DNA from: Lama guanicoe
Lineage: Eukaryota
Reading direction: 5' to 3'
Length of the DNA stretch: 64,000 nucleotides
Assembly (NCBI GenBank): GCA_013239625.1
Contig: MU056050.1
Span: forward strand, 1,474,084 to 1,538,083
Each line of letters starts with the position of its first letter. Position 1 is the first letter of the stretch. The notes beneath the pieces were generated by a model that saw only the letters and a program-made list of their open reading frames with translations, ran no database searches and had not been told where the DNA came from. This document shows, piece after piece, positions 24,542 through 37,324 of the stretch. Both the position numbers and the translations under genes were made by a program.

Positions 24542-27500
24542 TGGAGGGTATGCTAAAAGGACATAGGAGCCACCTGAAAGAGTGTCCAATGGCCAAAGCT
24601 ATCATAAAATAAATATTGGATAAAAATTAAAATAAGCATCAGATTATAACCCAAAGTATAAAATAAATATAAGTCTATACTGATAAAAATAAATGATTTA
24701 AGAAGTAATAAATGGAGAGAATAGACAAATCTGTGCAGAAGAATTCCAAATAATTTGTGTAAATACTGTACTCTCATGGAAGTGGACTTTTAACTCCCCA
24801 CCCCTTGAGTGTCACTTGGTGATTTGCTTCCAAAGAGTACACTATGAAGGGAGGAGAAAAGGGTAATTTTACAGTAGAGGAAATGACAAACATTACTTCA
24901 GTCAGGTGATCAAGGTTAACCTAATAGCGTGTACTGTTGATATTATTTGGTGAGAATGGCACTTTAACTTCTGTGGTCTTTTCCTCAAAAGTCCATAACC
25001 TCAGTCTAATCATGAGGAAAATATCAGACAAACCCAAGTTGAAGCACATTCTACGAAGTACTCCAGCAGTACTCTTCAAAACTGTCAAGGTCATCAAAAG
25101 AAGGAAACTCTAAGAAACTGTCACCATCTGGAGGAGCCCAAGGAGACTTAATGTCTAAATGTAATGTGGTTTCCTGGATGGAATTGTGAAGCTGAAAAGG
25201 GACGTTACATAAAAACTATGGCAATCTGAATGAAATATGGACTTTAGTTAACAATAATAATGAGTAATAATATGGAAAGAGGGAAAGTTGTTGAAATATA
25301 GATGAAAACTGGCCATGTGTTGATAAACTGTTGAATGTGGGTGATGGGCACATAGAAGATCATTGTACTGTTCTAATTTCCATAATATAAAGTTTAAAAG
25401 AGAAAATAAATAAGATAAACAAGTCTTAGAGTAGTAGAAAATATTTTCCATATATATAACTGACTAAGATCTAGTATCCAAGATGTAGAAAGAACTCTTA
25501 GAAATCAAAAAGGAAAAGACATACCACTCAAAATGAAAGTAGGCAAAATATTTGGAAAAGCACTTCACAAAAGGAGAAGGAAGATCCCCCAAATTATTCT
25601 CCTTGTGATATCTGGCTGTGTAATCAACCCTCTTTATAATTCCAGCTCTCATGTCTTACTCCAACCAGGTGCAAATGCTGTTAGTTTCCCATGAGATGAT
25701 GTTGGTGAAAGCACTTTATAAACTATAAGTCTCACTGCAATGTTGCAGTATTTCTTATTGTTATTATTACTTTTGTTGCCCAATACTGGCATTACATATC
25801 AGGAAGACTAAAGAATATTAAAAACTAACAACCAGACTTATTCCATGCCCAGTCTGCTAGTATCACTGTCCTAACCTGTTACATTTCCTAAACTTTAGTT
25901 TTCTGCTTCCAATTTTCTCTGTTCATTAAAGTTAGTCTGTCTGCTGTTAAAACTGCTCAGAGAGAGGTGAAATTAAGTTTTTATTTTCTTCCTACTATGT
26001 GTCTGGAAAGTCTGTCTGAAGTTTCTCTTTGGATTAATGGTTGCAATCTCTTTGTACTACAGCACAGGCTTTTGTTACCTGGAACCCACTTTAAAACGTT
26101 CTTATAAGTTCCTTCTAACAATTCAGACGTGATTTTTTTTTTAATGTTTGTGTAACGACACCATCCTGTTTAATACTTTGTAGAAATTCGATCTCAGTTT
26201 ATCTATTTACAGTTCCCTTAGTTCTGATTTCCTCAGGCCTACAATTGTGTTTCTAACCCTGTTCTGCAGAATAAGCTTAAATCCCTGGCCAAGGCACTTT
26301 TTATACAACTTTGCAGTCTACCTTGCCTTATGATTTAACTTGATTTTCTTAACTAGTCCAGGTCTATCGCACCTTGAAGTTACCACTGAGTCATCACAGG
26401 AATCAACTGATTTGACCTGCAGGCTTTCAGAGCCTTAATTTTCTTGTGTGGCTAACAATAACCAATTTCCTACCCTCCTCCTGAACAAGTTGTTTTTCAG
26501 ATCCTGACCTGTCTTGACATCTAGCAAACTTAAGATCTTTAAACCGCAGCTCACTTGACTAGTGTCCCTGTCTCTGCTACAAGCCGACTCCTATGTAGAG
26601 ACATAAAACTGAGTATTAGATGTTTCCAGGACATAGGCAGAGGTTGCGTTCCTTTCTTAATGATAATGGTGCTAATAATAATATTAGGAGAATAATTCAG
26701 ATTACTTTATCTTTAGGCCTGAACATCTGTGGACTCATTGATAGAGTTCCATATGACCAGACTGCTGTTGACACCATGACTGAGAGAACACGCTTATGTG
26801 ATTTTAAGTTCTATGTGACATGCATGTTTTATTCTAGAGTAAAATCTAGTCAATTATAGTAATATCTCAGAAGTATCTCCTTTGGCTTCCTGTAAATCCA
26901 CAGTTAAATCACACAAAAGGTTTCTTTCATGCAGTAGAATCTGAGTGGCACAGAATAACCATGACTTTGATGGGAAGTTTGATTTCTATGTCTTTGATGA
27001 CAGTGTTAATCAAAATCAAGTGGAAAGATTGACCTATATGCTCATACCACAGCCTGGTTTTATAGATTGGTTTACTTGCTTATTGCATTGGCCAAAAATA
27101 TCCCTGATTGCTGTCACTTCATGGGAAACATTTTCAGGATTAAGAAAAAATGGCTTTTCCCCCTGAGATAACAAATTGGAAAATGCTATTCTGACACAAA
27201 TAGTCTTAGCTTTCCACTTCACTAGCCATGAAGGACAACATTTTGCACTGAAATGGGAGCTCCATTAGAATGGGTAGTAATCTGTGAGTCCATAATGCCT
27301 CTACAGAAAACTTATCCATACCCCAAATTAAACTGAGTATACTCTGACTACATTTTACAGCTGAATTTTGAGATATAAGGTACAGTTTAAATTAATTATA
27401 AACTCTCTATAATTCAGAATCTGTTCCTATGAGGCCTCCTTTAGAAATGGGATTGATTTAGTATATGTATGAGGCTCAAATCAAGCCTATTTAAGTAAAT

Positions 27501-27769
27501 TAAAATTATCTCCATGATAAAAGAAATATATGCAGTCTTAAGTGAAGTCTTTTCAGCAATTCACCAATCAGAATATAATGTTCTGATTTTAACCTTGTAA
27601 CTAGGCTTCATACATTGTTTTTTCCTATACTTTTCCTCATTTATAAACCAAATAACAGCACTCTCAGTATGTGTATGCAAATATAGTTAGGTGTGTGGGT
27701 GAAGGGAAGGAAGAAGGGAGGAAGAAGGGAGGAAGAGGAAAGAGATTTAATTTACTACTATGCTAGCAT

Positions 27770-28017
27770 TTACATCTGCCTCTATCTTCACACTGTATTC
27801 CCTCTGTGTCTCTTCACATAATCCTCCTTGTGTCTGTGTCCAAATTGCCCTATTTTATAAGGACACCAGTCATATAAGATTAGGGCCTGCCCTAATGACT
27901 TCATTTTCATTTGATTACATCTATAAAGATCGTATCTCTAAATAAGGTCACAATCTGAGGTGTTGGGGATTAGGACCTCAATATATCTTCCAGGGTAACA
28001 CAATTCATCATGTAACA
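27770..28017 (-). mobile_element. MaLR LTR fragment (MLT1B/C-like)
   Basis: ttttataaggacaccagtcatat...gattagggcc...aaataaggtcaca...ctgaggtgttggggattaggac...acacaattca. Confidence 0.85.
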
Positions 28018-29500
28018 GACGCCTTTCTCTATCCTCTAAGGCATTCCCATTATGTGTATCTTGTTATGCTTGATTGTGTCCCATAAGTATCTAAGGCTTT
28101 TGTTCTTTTTTTAATTCTTTGTTATTGTTCTCAGACAGGATAAACTTAATTGACCTGTATTCAAGTTCACCAATTATTCTGCCTGCTTATATCTGCTATG
28201 GACTCCCTTACCTGAATTTTTCATTTTAGTTATTTCTGTTTTCAAATTCAGAATTTCTATTTTAGTCTTAAAAATTTATCTTTGTTGATATTGTCTATTT
28301 GGTACCACATAATTTTTATACTTTCTTATAATTCCTTAAATATGGTTTCATGTAGTTATTTGAATTACATATAGTAGTTGATTTAATGTTTTTTCTAGTG
28401 AGCTCCCTCAGGGACAGTTTCTATTGCTTTTTTCCTGTGTATGGACCATACTTTTCTATTTATTTGTGCATCTCAAAATTTTTAATGAAAATTTAAAATA
28501 ATATATAATAGAGCAGCTATGGAAATCAAACCATGGTTTTTTGCTTCTGATTTTTGTTGTTGTTGTTGTTGTTGTTGCTATTACAGATTGTTTAGTGACT
28601 TTCCTTGATTAATTCTGCAAAGTCTTTTTACTCTTTGTGATGTATGACCACTGAAGTCTCTTAAGAGTTTAGCTAATGATTGGACATAGATTTCCTTAAG
28701 TGCCTTGAACTAATAGATTTCCCACTTTTCGCCAGTGGGCTCTGTGAGTGTGTTGGGACATACCTTAACTGCTTGAGTCCTTACTTCCTGCTTGTGTAAA
28801 TTGTCAAAGTCAGCCAGAAGCAAGAGATTAGGACCTTCTCAGATCTTTCTTAGGCTGATACACAGCCCTTCTCATATGCATAGCCTTCTAAAATGTCCCT
28901 GAAACCTGTTCAGGTCCCCTGTAGAAATCAGATTCCTCAGTTGTTGCATTTAAGTTTGTGGTCAGCTTTCCATTAGACCAACTGGTATCACATCTCAAGC
29001 AGCTAGGTTGTCAAACAATTATAACTGATTGTGAACAGTCCTAATGCATTTGCTGAAAACAGAGTCAGATCTGAGTCAGGTCAAAGAACCTCAAGCCTTG
29101 AGAATGGAGCTTTTCAGGGATATTCCAGACAGGTCAAGTAGTCGCAATTCTCTGAGAATGGGCCTTTTGGGGAATTCTAAATCCACTCTGCCCTCTTCAG
29201 TGACTCCTGTGCTTCTGATTTCCACAGAGAGTTGTAAGTCTGTTAGTTTTCAGGGCTGTTACAGACAAAGAGAGATGGGTTGGGGCAATAATAGGCAAGA
29301 AAAAATGCCACAAGGCTCACTAATCTTGCTGAGATTCAGCCAATGTTCTTGAATAAAAGCTTGGATTGTTGCAAGCCTTTGGTTAATTAATTTACAAGAA
29401 TTATAGGAAAGTAGATTTTGACAATTTTTGCTAGTGTTCACTTTACTCTTATTAAGGAAGAATTTTTCAAAGGATCTTACTCTGCCATTCCAGAAGTGCT
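28018..29500 (-). mobile_element. Old L1M 5'/ORF1 relic
   Basis: Antisense decayed L1 text, collinear with 4600-6060; contains (TTG)n at ~28555-28578. Confidence 0.65.
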
Positions 29501-30329
29501 TCTTAGTTAATTCTTTTCCTCAGATAATCACATTGATGACTACTTTTTCTAGTTTCATTTGCATGTAAGGATAAACTCAGCAAATTTTGACTAGAATGGC
29601 GTATATCTCAAGTCTCCTATGAACCACATTTCTACAATCCATTTGTGAAAAGAAAATGTCACTTCTTCCATTATGTCACTTATTCCATTATGAATTTTTA
29701 CAATTACGTTATTAAGAATTGTCATAACTTTGTAATATTGGTAATTTCTTACCCCACAGACACAGATGTGATTTTTGAGCCTTCAATTTGTCTCATTGCA
29801 TGTGTGACTTTTTGTTTTAAGTGGGAATGTATCTTATAAATAAGTAAAAGTAAATACTAACTAATGAGTTTCTGAGTGAGGTCATGGCATTCCCAGTATT
29901 AGGAACAGATAAAGCATTGATGTAAGATTTCTAACTTTTGATTTCTGGGCTCAGAATGAGAACTGTCTAGAGAGGCATATGATGCAAGAGTTGCCTTAGG
30001 GAAGAGAAGAGACTAAAATGGTATAACTATTTGCATATCTGTGCTATATACCTTGATGGAAAGACAAAGTCTAAGGAGAGAGGGATAAAAGCCCTCTCTG
30101 TGAATCCTATCTCAGAGCACGCTGGGAATGTCAAACCAAAACATCCTTCTTTCATCACTCTCACTTGTTCTCCTTACAAATATGTAATATTCAAATATTC
30201 TTCCTCATTTCCAGCATATTTAATCTTTCCACTCTATTCCTTTTTAAATATTCCCTTTTCCACATTACTTATAACCTCACAACAAAGCCATAATATATGG
30301 CTTTTTCACTATCTTTTACAACGGTTTCT

Positions 30330-30490
30330 CTCCCTCTATTGTAATTTAAGCTCTACAAGGGGAGACATCTTTGTTTGGCTTTTGTTTTTGTGTGTGTGTG
30401 TGTGTTTTCTTTTTACTGATATAGCCCAAATGCTTGAGACAGTGTCTAATATATAGTATATGCTTAGTAAATATTTACTGAATGAATAAA
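30330..30490 (+). mobile_element. L2 3' end fragment
   Basis: tgtaatttaagctctacaaggggagac...cttgagacagtgtctaatatatagta...gtaaatatttactgaatgaataaa. Confidence 0.75.
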
Positions 30491-31690
30491 TTGATGACTG
30501 TATCAAAATTAAAAAAAAAAACTTGGAGTGATGGTCACAGCCTAGGTATCCCTGTTAAATGGTCTATTCTAAGTGTCTATGAAGATACAAGAATTGTGTA
30601 AACTAAATCCTTTCCCTTACATCATAGACTATCAAGAAATTGATGAGATTTCTTGTTATACCTTTGCCTGGATGTATTTTTGCCAACAGGAGCCATTTCA
30701 TGGTATAATTAGCACCTAGGCAGTATATGATGAATATTAGTCATTCATTAAACCTTTGAGAAATGAATGAATGAATGATACTGACAGGTAGAAAAAGGAG
30801 TCCTCATCTGAGTCTAATTTAGCACATCTAAATGTATGTCTAAATTATCAAGACAACAGTTTTCACTGTCTGGCAACTAGTTTATATTCTTTCTGGATGT
30901 CATGCAGATACTATATACTAGCTCTTCAATTTCTCATCTACAGCCATCTGTTTGCCTTTGATTTATCTACGTATGAAAGAGAACCTAGAACTCGAAAACT
31001 TTCACCTTTGCCAACTATTGTGTCCGAGGTCATACTGTTTCTGAACTCACATGTGAGGGAATTGCCTGTTTCTTCTCTGTACATTTTACAAAGAAAAATC
31101 ACAGCATTTTAGGTATTGTTACTTTGGTTTTGTTTAAGGGGTTAGCCTTAGAATCTACCAATATGAAGCTCCCTGACACTTTTTTGTTTTACAACTTGCT
31201 TTTCTCATGTTTTCTAGTATTTCAGAAATATTTCCTATTTATGTGGAAATGGGAAAAAAATCATTCTCTTTGGTTCCTTTAGCCTTTTCAGTTGTCAGCT
31301 CGACACATTACTCCTTACATAAAAATTCCCAAACAGTTGTGCCACTCAATTACACATCATATAAGTTACTATTGCTAATTCCCCTCACAGAAAAGGAAGT
31401 AACAAGCATGAGACCACAACTATTGGTGGAGGGTGTATTAATTCCCTAGAAAGGCCATTATGCTTGAGTATAAAACAATGAAGAATTCCAAAATCAGAAA
31501 TTAAATGTTAACTGACACCCAGAGCCATCTACTAATAACCCTTTAAAATATTTTTAAACATAATGATTCCACTGATCTGATAATGATCACAAAAGACGTC
31601 TGGCTCTCTTGCTAAATAGTAAAGCAAGCCTGTTTTCCTGCAGGTTGTGTCACTATAGCTATAGGTGAGGAACAGGAAGCAGTCTACCTG

Positions 31691-31990
31691 CAGTAGTTCC
31701 TAATGAGGGCCATATCACTGCTTAGTGGGCATTTGGGAAATGTGTACGGGGTGTATTTTCATTGTTACAAAGATGAGGATTCCGTGATGTATTTAGTCGG
31801 TGGAGATTAGGAAATCTAGATGTCCTGCAATGTAAGGAGCAGACCCACATGTCAGATAACTGCTTTACATTCTATATGATTTCCAAGTATATTCAATTAG
31901 CCATGTAGGAAAAATTGCTTGAACCTAGAACCTACTGATTTGGGGGGCATGGCTTTAATAAACATGGAATTTTCACAAAGTTTTTGAACT
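31691..31990 (+). mobile_element. hAT-Charlie non-autonomous element (MER20/MER20B-like)
   Basis: cagtagttcc...gggcatttgggaaatgtgt...ttgttacaa...atttagt...ctagatgtcctgcaatg resembles MER20B. Confidence 0.7.
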
Positions 31991-32539
31991 TCAAAATATC
32001 TGGCAAGCAGCAGTGTAAACCACTTTGAACCAAAAATAATAGGTAAAAAAGGTGAGAAAAAAACTCATGATCTGAGCTGCTTGGTTCTAGCATACCACAA
32101 GTTTAGGCTGCCCAGTTGAACAGTTGAGGTTTTGTTTGAATATAACTTTTAAATAACAAAAGTAAATTTTAAAACATGTAAGAAACAAAAAAGATTTCAC
32201 ATTTGGACATGCACAGAATGAAAAGTAGTGAAAATTAGGAATTAATCCAAATAATAGCATCCCAAATGTGTCATCTTTTCTCTCCATACCAACTGAGGAG
32301 TGGTTGAGCTTTAATCCAGTTTCTGTTTCCAGGCTGTTACAATCAGACCTGATAATGTACCCCTAATATACCCAAAGAACATTCAGAGATGGAAATAAGT
32401 TTCAGTTCATGTGCCATGTTCAAATGATTCAGAACTGACTATCTGTAGTGTTAATATTTGTGCTTTTGACATAACAATCCAGAAATATAGGGTGTGTATA
32501 TTAATGGTAATTCCATTGTTATATGTTTGGGTTTTTTCC

Positions 32540-33292
32540 AGATCAAAACCCTTAGGGTCCTTCTTTTCTCTTTCTCTCACACTATACATCCAAACTGCCA
32601 GCAAATCTTGTCGGTTCTGTCTCCAAAATAGATCTAGAATTTAATGACTTCTTGCCACTGACATAGCCATGAGCTTGATTGAAGCAACCATCATCACTTC
32701 CTTGGATTATTATACTTATCTCCTAACTGATATTCCTGCATCTGACCTTGACCTCCTGCCATGTATTTTCAACACAAAACCAAAGTAATCTTGTTAAAAC
32801 ATAAGTAAGATCCTTTTACTTCTCCACTCAAAACTATCCAATGGATTTTCATCTCACTCATGTCACCTACAGTAAAAGCCAAAGTCCTTACTAAGATTTG
32901 TAAATCCCTACATGATCTGGCTCTATTATCCCTCTAATTTTGTTTTTTATTACTCTCTTCTTACTCATGCTCAGTCACATTGGGATCCTTGCTGTGCCAC
33001 AAACATGCCAGGCATGTTCTCACCTCATAGCCATTGCACTTGCTATTCTCTCTACTAGAATGTTTTTACCCAAAATGTAAATGTATGTGTCTAGTGCCCA
33101 CATTTCCTCCAGACCTTAACTCCAAAGTCATTTTCTCAGTGTGGTTACCCTATCTAAAACTTTATCTTGTGAATTATCTTCCTTACTCCACTAACATATA
33201 AGTTCCCCAAAGGCACAATTTTTTTCAATACTGTATTTCAATTACCTAGACTTTTTTTTATACAACACTCAGATATTTCCTAAATGAATAAG
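32540..33292 (+). mobile_element. L2 3' portion
   Basis: cagcaaatcttgtcggttctgtctccaaaatagatctagaat...aaaagccaaagtcctta...ttgcacttgctattctctct...aaatgaataa. Confidence 0.85.
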
Positions 33293-34984
33293 GGAAAGGG
33301 GAACAACACGAATGCTCATGTTTGATATGAGTAGAGACTCTTGACCTGAGAGAGAGAAGTGACATCAGTGTGGGGTTCAATTCAGTCTTCCACTTTTTAT
33401 CAGGAAAGATAAAATACAATTAGAGTTTGCATTTAGGAATCCAGGTAAAAATCAGAAGAAACAGATGACTGAGGCAATCTGGTCCTCAAATATCTCTTTA
33501 TTGGTAATGAAAAATCATAACCAAGTTCTATAAAAAGGTAAAAGAAAAAACTATACTGGAAAAGAGATCCTTCTAGCACTGCGGCAACGTCTTTAATTGA
33601 TAATGATATTCTTTTCCACTGAACTTATATAAGGCTTTGGAATCCTTAACACAGCACTAGAGATAGTCAGCTCTCAATCATTTGAACATGGCATATGAGT
33701 TAAAAATTATTTCCACTCCTGAATGTTTTTGAGTATATTAGGGGTACCTAACCAGGTCTCAATCTCCCTTACACTATTAGAAGATTCCAGAGTAACAAAA
33801 AGAGAAATTAACAAATATTTTGATGACCTCTTCTCTGGCCAGCACTGTGGGAGGTTGCAAAGCGAAGTAATACGAAAGACAGCTTCTACACTCAAAAAAA
33901 TTTTCTGCAAAATTTGTAGTAAGAGGAAAGGATAATGAGATAAGCAGATCTACATATCAAATGGTCATTGCTCCCTTCCAAGATCTATATTTAGTTGTGC
34001 AAATATAGAAGTGAAAACTGAGATATACTTTTTTTTCTTACGGAGCTTAGCCCTGCTGCTTTTCCTTTCTCCTCTCATGAATGAATACCTCAAAACTACG
34101 TTATATCAAATAAGGTAAAGTTAAATGTTGCAAATATATTTGATTATATTAAAATTAAAGCTTAAAGTCATCAAATGACTCCATTAAGAGATGAAAGAGC
34201 CCCAAAGTGGAAGAAAAGATTTGTAATAGATATATTAATACCAAACACACAGAAATAATTCTTAGAACTCAATAAGGAAAGGACAGATAAAATGGGCAAG
34301 AGACTTGATCAATCACTTACATAAGGCATCGACTCTTGCTGAGTGAAAGTAGAAAATTTGGATAATAAACAAACACTATTTGTTTTAATATGCTAAAGAG
34401 TTACTATGACTAAAAGGACTTAAAGGGCCAGACCAGAAGAAGGGAATTTCAATGTGTTGAGCAAACTTCTGTGCACACTGCTTTCCCTTCTGGTCATTGA
34501 CCAAATCATCACAAGTAGAAAGAGACTGAGTAGCAGGGTAGAAGTGGCAGCTAACAGACAGAGGAGCCAGAAGATCTCACACTTCTGGGAAGAAAAATAT
34601 TAGAATTCAGCACTCACAAGGAAGTGAGGACTTTAGAAGCCAAGATCCTTGAGGTCAGAATAAGTGAGACCAACAATCAGCACCAGCTTTCCCTCTAAAG
34701 AATTTGCTAATTAAATTATTAGGGCAGAAGGAGATAACCAAAATGCTGTGAGACAGCAAAGCAAAAATTCTAGTCTTTCTGTGCTAGGAAGAAAAAAATA
34801 AAAAACAAAGTCAAGATGCAGGAAAGAAGGAGTCGTCCTTGGGAGGAAGAAAGAATTGTCATTTGGGTTGCCTAGAAGGCTACACCTAACGAGTAGTGCC
34901 AAACTACAAGTAGACTAAGACTTACAAAAACTGCAAAGCAGCACTGAGTCAGTTCAGTCTCAGTCCCTCCACTTCCTGCTAGAA

Positions 34985-35550
34985 CAGCAGTTCTCATACA
35001 TTTTGATCTCAGTATCCCTTTGCACTCTTCAAATTACTGAGGACTCCCACATGCTTTTGTTTGTATGAATTATATCTATTGATATTTGTCATATTTGGCT
35101 AAAACTGATACATTTTTAAATGTTTATTAATTCATTAGGAAATTAAAAATTCATTATATGTTACATAATTAATATATTCTTATAAGAAATAACTTTTCCA
35201 AAAGAGCAAAAAATAGTGAGAAGTGTGGCACTGTTTAACATTTTTTCCAAATCTCTTTTATGTCTGGATTAATAGAAGACAGCTGAATTCAATCTATTGC
35301 AATTTCTTATTTTTGAATTATTTGAAGAAAATACAATCTCATCAGATATTAAGTTGGAAAAAGAGAAGAGTAATTTATTAGCCTTTTAAATAATTATGAT
35401 ATTATTTCTTAAAATTCAACAAGTGATATTTTTAAAGGTTAATTGCAATGTGGAATCTAAAATTATACCAATGAACATTTTTACTCTGTTAAATTAAAAT
35501 CCATCCATCTATCTTGCATTTTAAATTTATCTTTTATCTATTCATAATTG
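34985..35550 (-). mobile_element. hAT-Charlie1-like DNA transposon, terminal fragment
   Basis: Begins with TIR cagcagttctca next to a Charlie-type target tgctagaa; reverse-complement homolog of ~47060-47648. Confidence 0.8.
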
Positions 35551-37069
35551 TGCAATAGCATGGATTGGTGATATAAAATATAGATTCTCCAAGTTTTGTA
35601 GATCATCCATCAAGGACCACCTCACGTTTACATTTCCTATAAAAATAATGTGATATAAATTGAAGTATGTAGAGGAAATGCTAAAATAATCCCCACATTT
35701 TTTCAGAACAAATTCTGTAGGTATTCCATTGTGAATTTTCTTTACCACAATACTATATAAAAGCACAGGTAGCCACATCAAACTAAAAGCCATCAGAGCT
35801 TTTCACAGACATGGTAAGTTTCTCCCCTGATGAGGCCTGTATTGACACCAGGAAGGAGGTCAGACAAGCTTTATACCATGTACATAGAATAAAGACTTGA
35901 CCAGAGAGAAAGCCTAGTTGTGTAAACATGGACCTTAAGAGGTTATCTCAATTAATTAAAAAAAGCATAATGAAGTTATTAGTTAAGGAGTTATTCCACA
36001 CATTCAGTCATAGCTACTTCAGTTCCCTCAGATCATTTTGATGATGGAATGAACTTACATCACAAGTCCTTTGGAGTAAGCTTTGAGATAAAGATTAAAG
36101 CATTAGACAGGCATTATGAAGAAACTATTCAAAATATTTTAAATATCCATTGTTTAGTAAGAAAGATTCCTTACAAGCCTGGTTAACTGATAAAGCATGA
36201 AGACAATTAAACAATTGTGGAACACAAAACAAGGCAAATGAAACAGTATTTAACAAATAAAAAGAATTCCTCAAGAAAAAATGCAATGTGAAAAGAAGCA
36301 TGCTTTGGACAATGTCAGCTTCTTTCCATCAATAAAACACCAGGAAAAAATGAACTCAATGCACACCAAGTTGTGAAACATGAAATTTTCTTATTAAAGA
36401 CTAATATAAAAAACCACAAGAGAGATAAGAAACCAACAATGCCATAGCAGAGTTTGAAATAGTACTGAAAACTTAAAGTAGTATAAATATTACATAAAAA
36501 AGAATCAGTGAGGTAGAGGACAAATATGAGCCTCTCTCAGTACTCAAAGGAAAAGAAAAAGAAATGAAAATGTTAAAAAGAATGGTAAATATAAATGATG
36601 GGGAAGAGAGATACAACTAATAGGAAAAAAAGTATCATGAAGAGAAGACTACAACAAGTAAGAATAATGTGATGGAAGGTAAAAATTTGGAATGATACTG
36701 GGTTGAGAAATACCTGCCTCTGTAAACTGATAGGACTCATTAAATACCAAGCAAAATTAATAATAATGTGCACCTGAAATTATATAAAAAATTTTAGGTG
36801 GAGAAAAAATATCCAGGCAAGGGAAGAATAAAATTACTTATAATGAAGGTTGATCTCAAATATTTTTGGAGATATTAAATGCAACAATAGAATGAAGTAA
36901 GAGCCAGAGTTTTGAGAATTTTATAGCTAAAGAACTCTATACACCATCAAGTGAGTAAAGTTGGTATTTCTACTACTTTTATGCATGAAATATACTCACT
37001 TAACTTACCCTTCCCTGAAAGGAATATATGTCATAGAGACCAAGAGACATATTTAAAAATGCATGTGGC

Positions 37070-37290
37070 AAAATTCAACATCCCTTCATGATAAAAACTC
37101 TCAACAAATTGGGTACAGAAGAAATATACCTTAACATAATAAAGGCCATATATGACAAGCTCACAGCTAACAACATACTCAATGGTGAAAGGATGAAATA
37201 TTCCCCACTAGTATCAGGAACAAGACAAAGGTGCTCACTCTCACCTCTCCTATTCAACATGGTACTGAAAGTCCAAGCCAGAGAAATTAG

Positions 37291-37324
<34 letters not shown>

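Larger units (their letters stand above)
20960..25420 (+). mobile_element. Old L1 (L1MC/L1MD-like) ORF2 3' half and long 3'UTR, with nested LTR, SINE and microsatellite
   Basis: ORF 21141..21332 LLNIILEVL...LSLFIDDMI (RT motif); continuous decayed ORF2; 3'UTR homologous to 40840-41800. Confidence 0.82.

Noticed and set aside
26620..27222. Short ORFs in a unique island (GLNICGLIDRVPYDQ..., MAQNNHDFDGKF...)
   Set aside because: No paired strong splice sites or recognisable homology; lengths within chance expectation
27700..27742. Purine-rich 11-mer tandem (ggaagaaggga)
   Set aside because: Short low-complexity repeat with no evidence of function
30897..31112. Plus-strand exon-like stretch with a few CpGs (HLFAFDLSTYEREPRTRK...)
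   Set aside because: Acceptor plausible but donor (GAG|gtcata) weak; no partner exons found
33707..33935. Overlapping ORFs on both strands in a unique island
   Set aside because: Unrecognisable peptides and weak splice context
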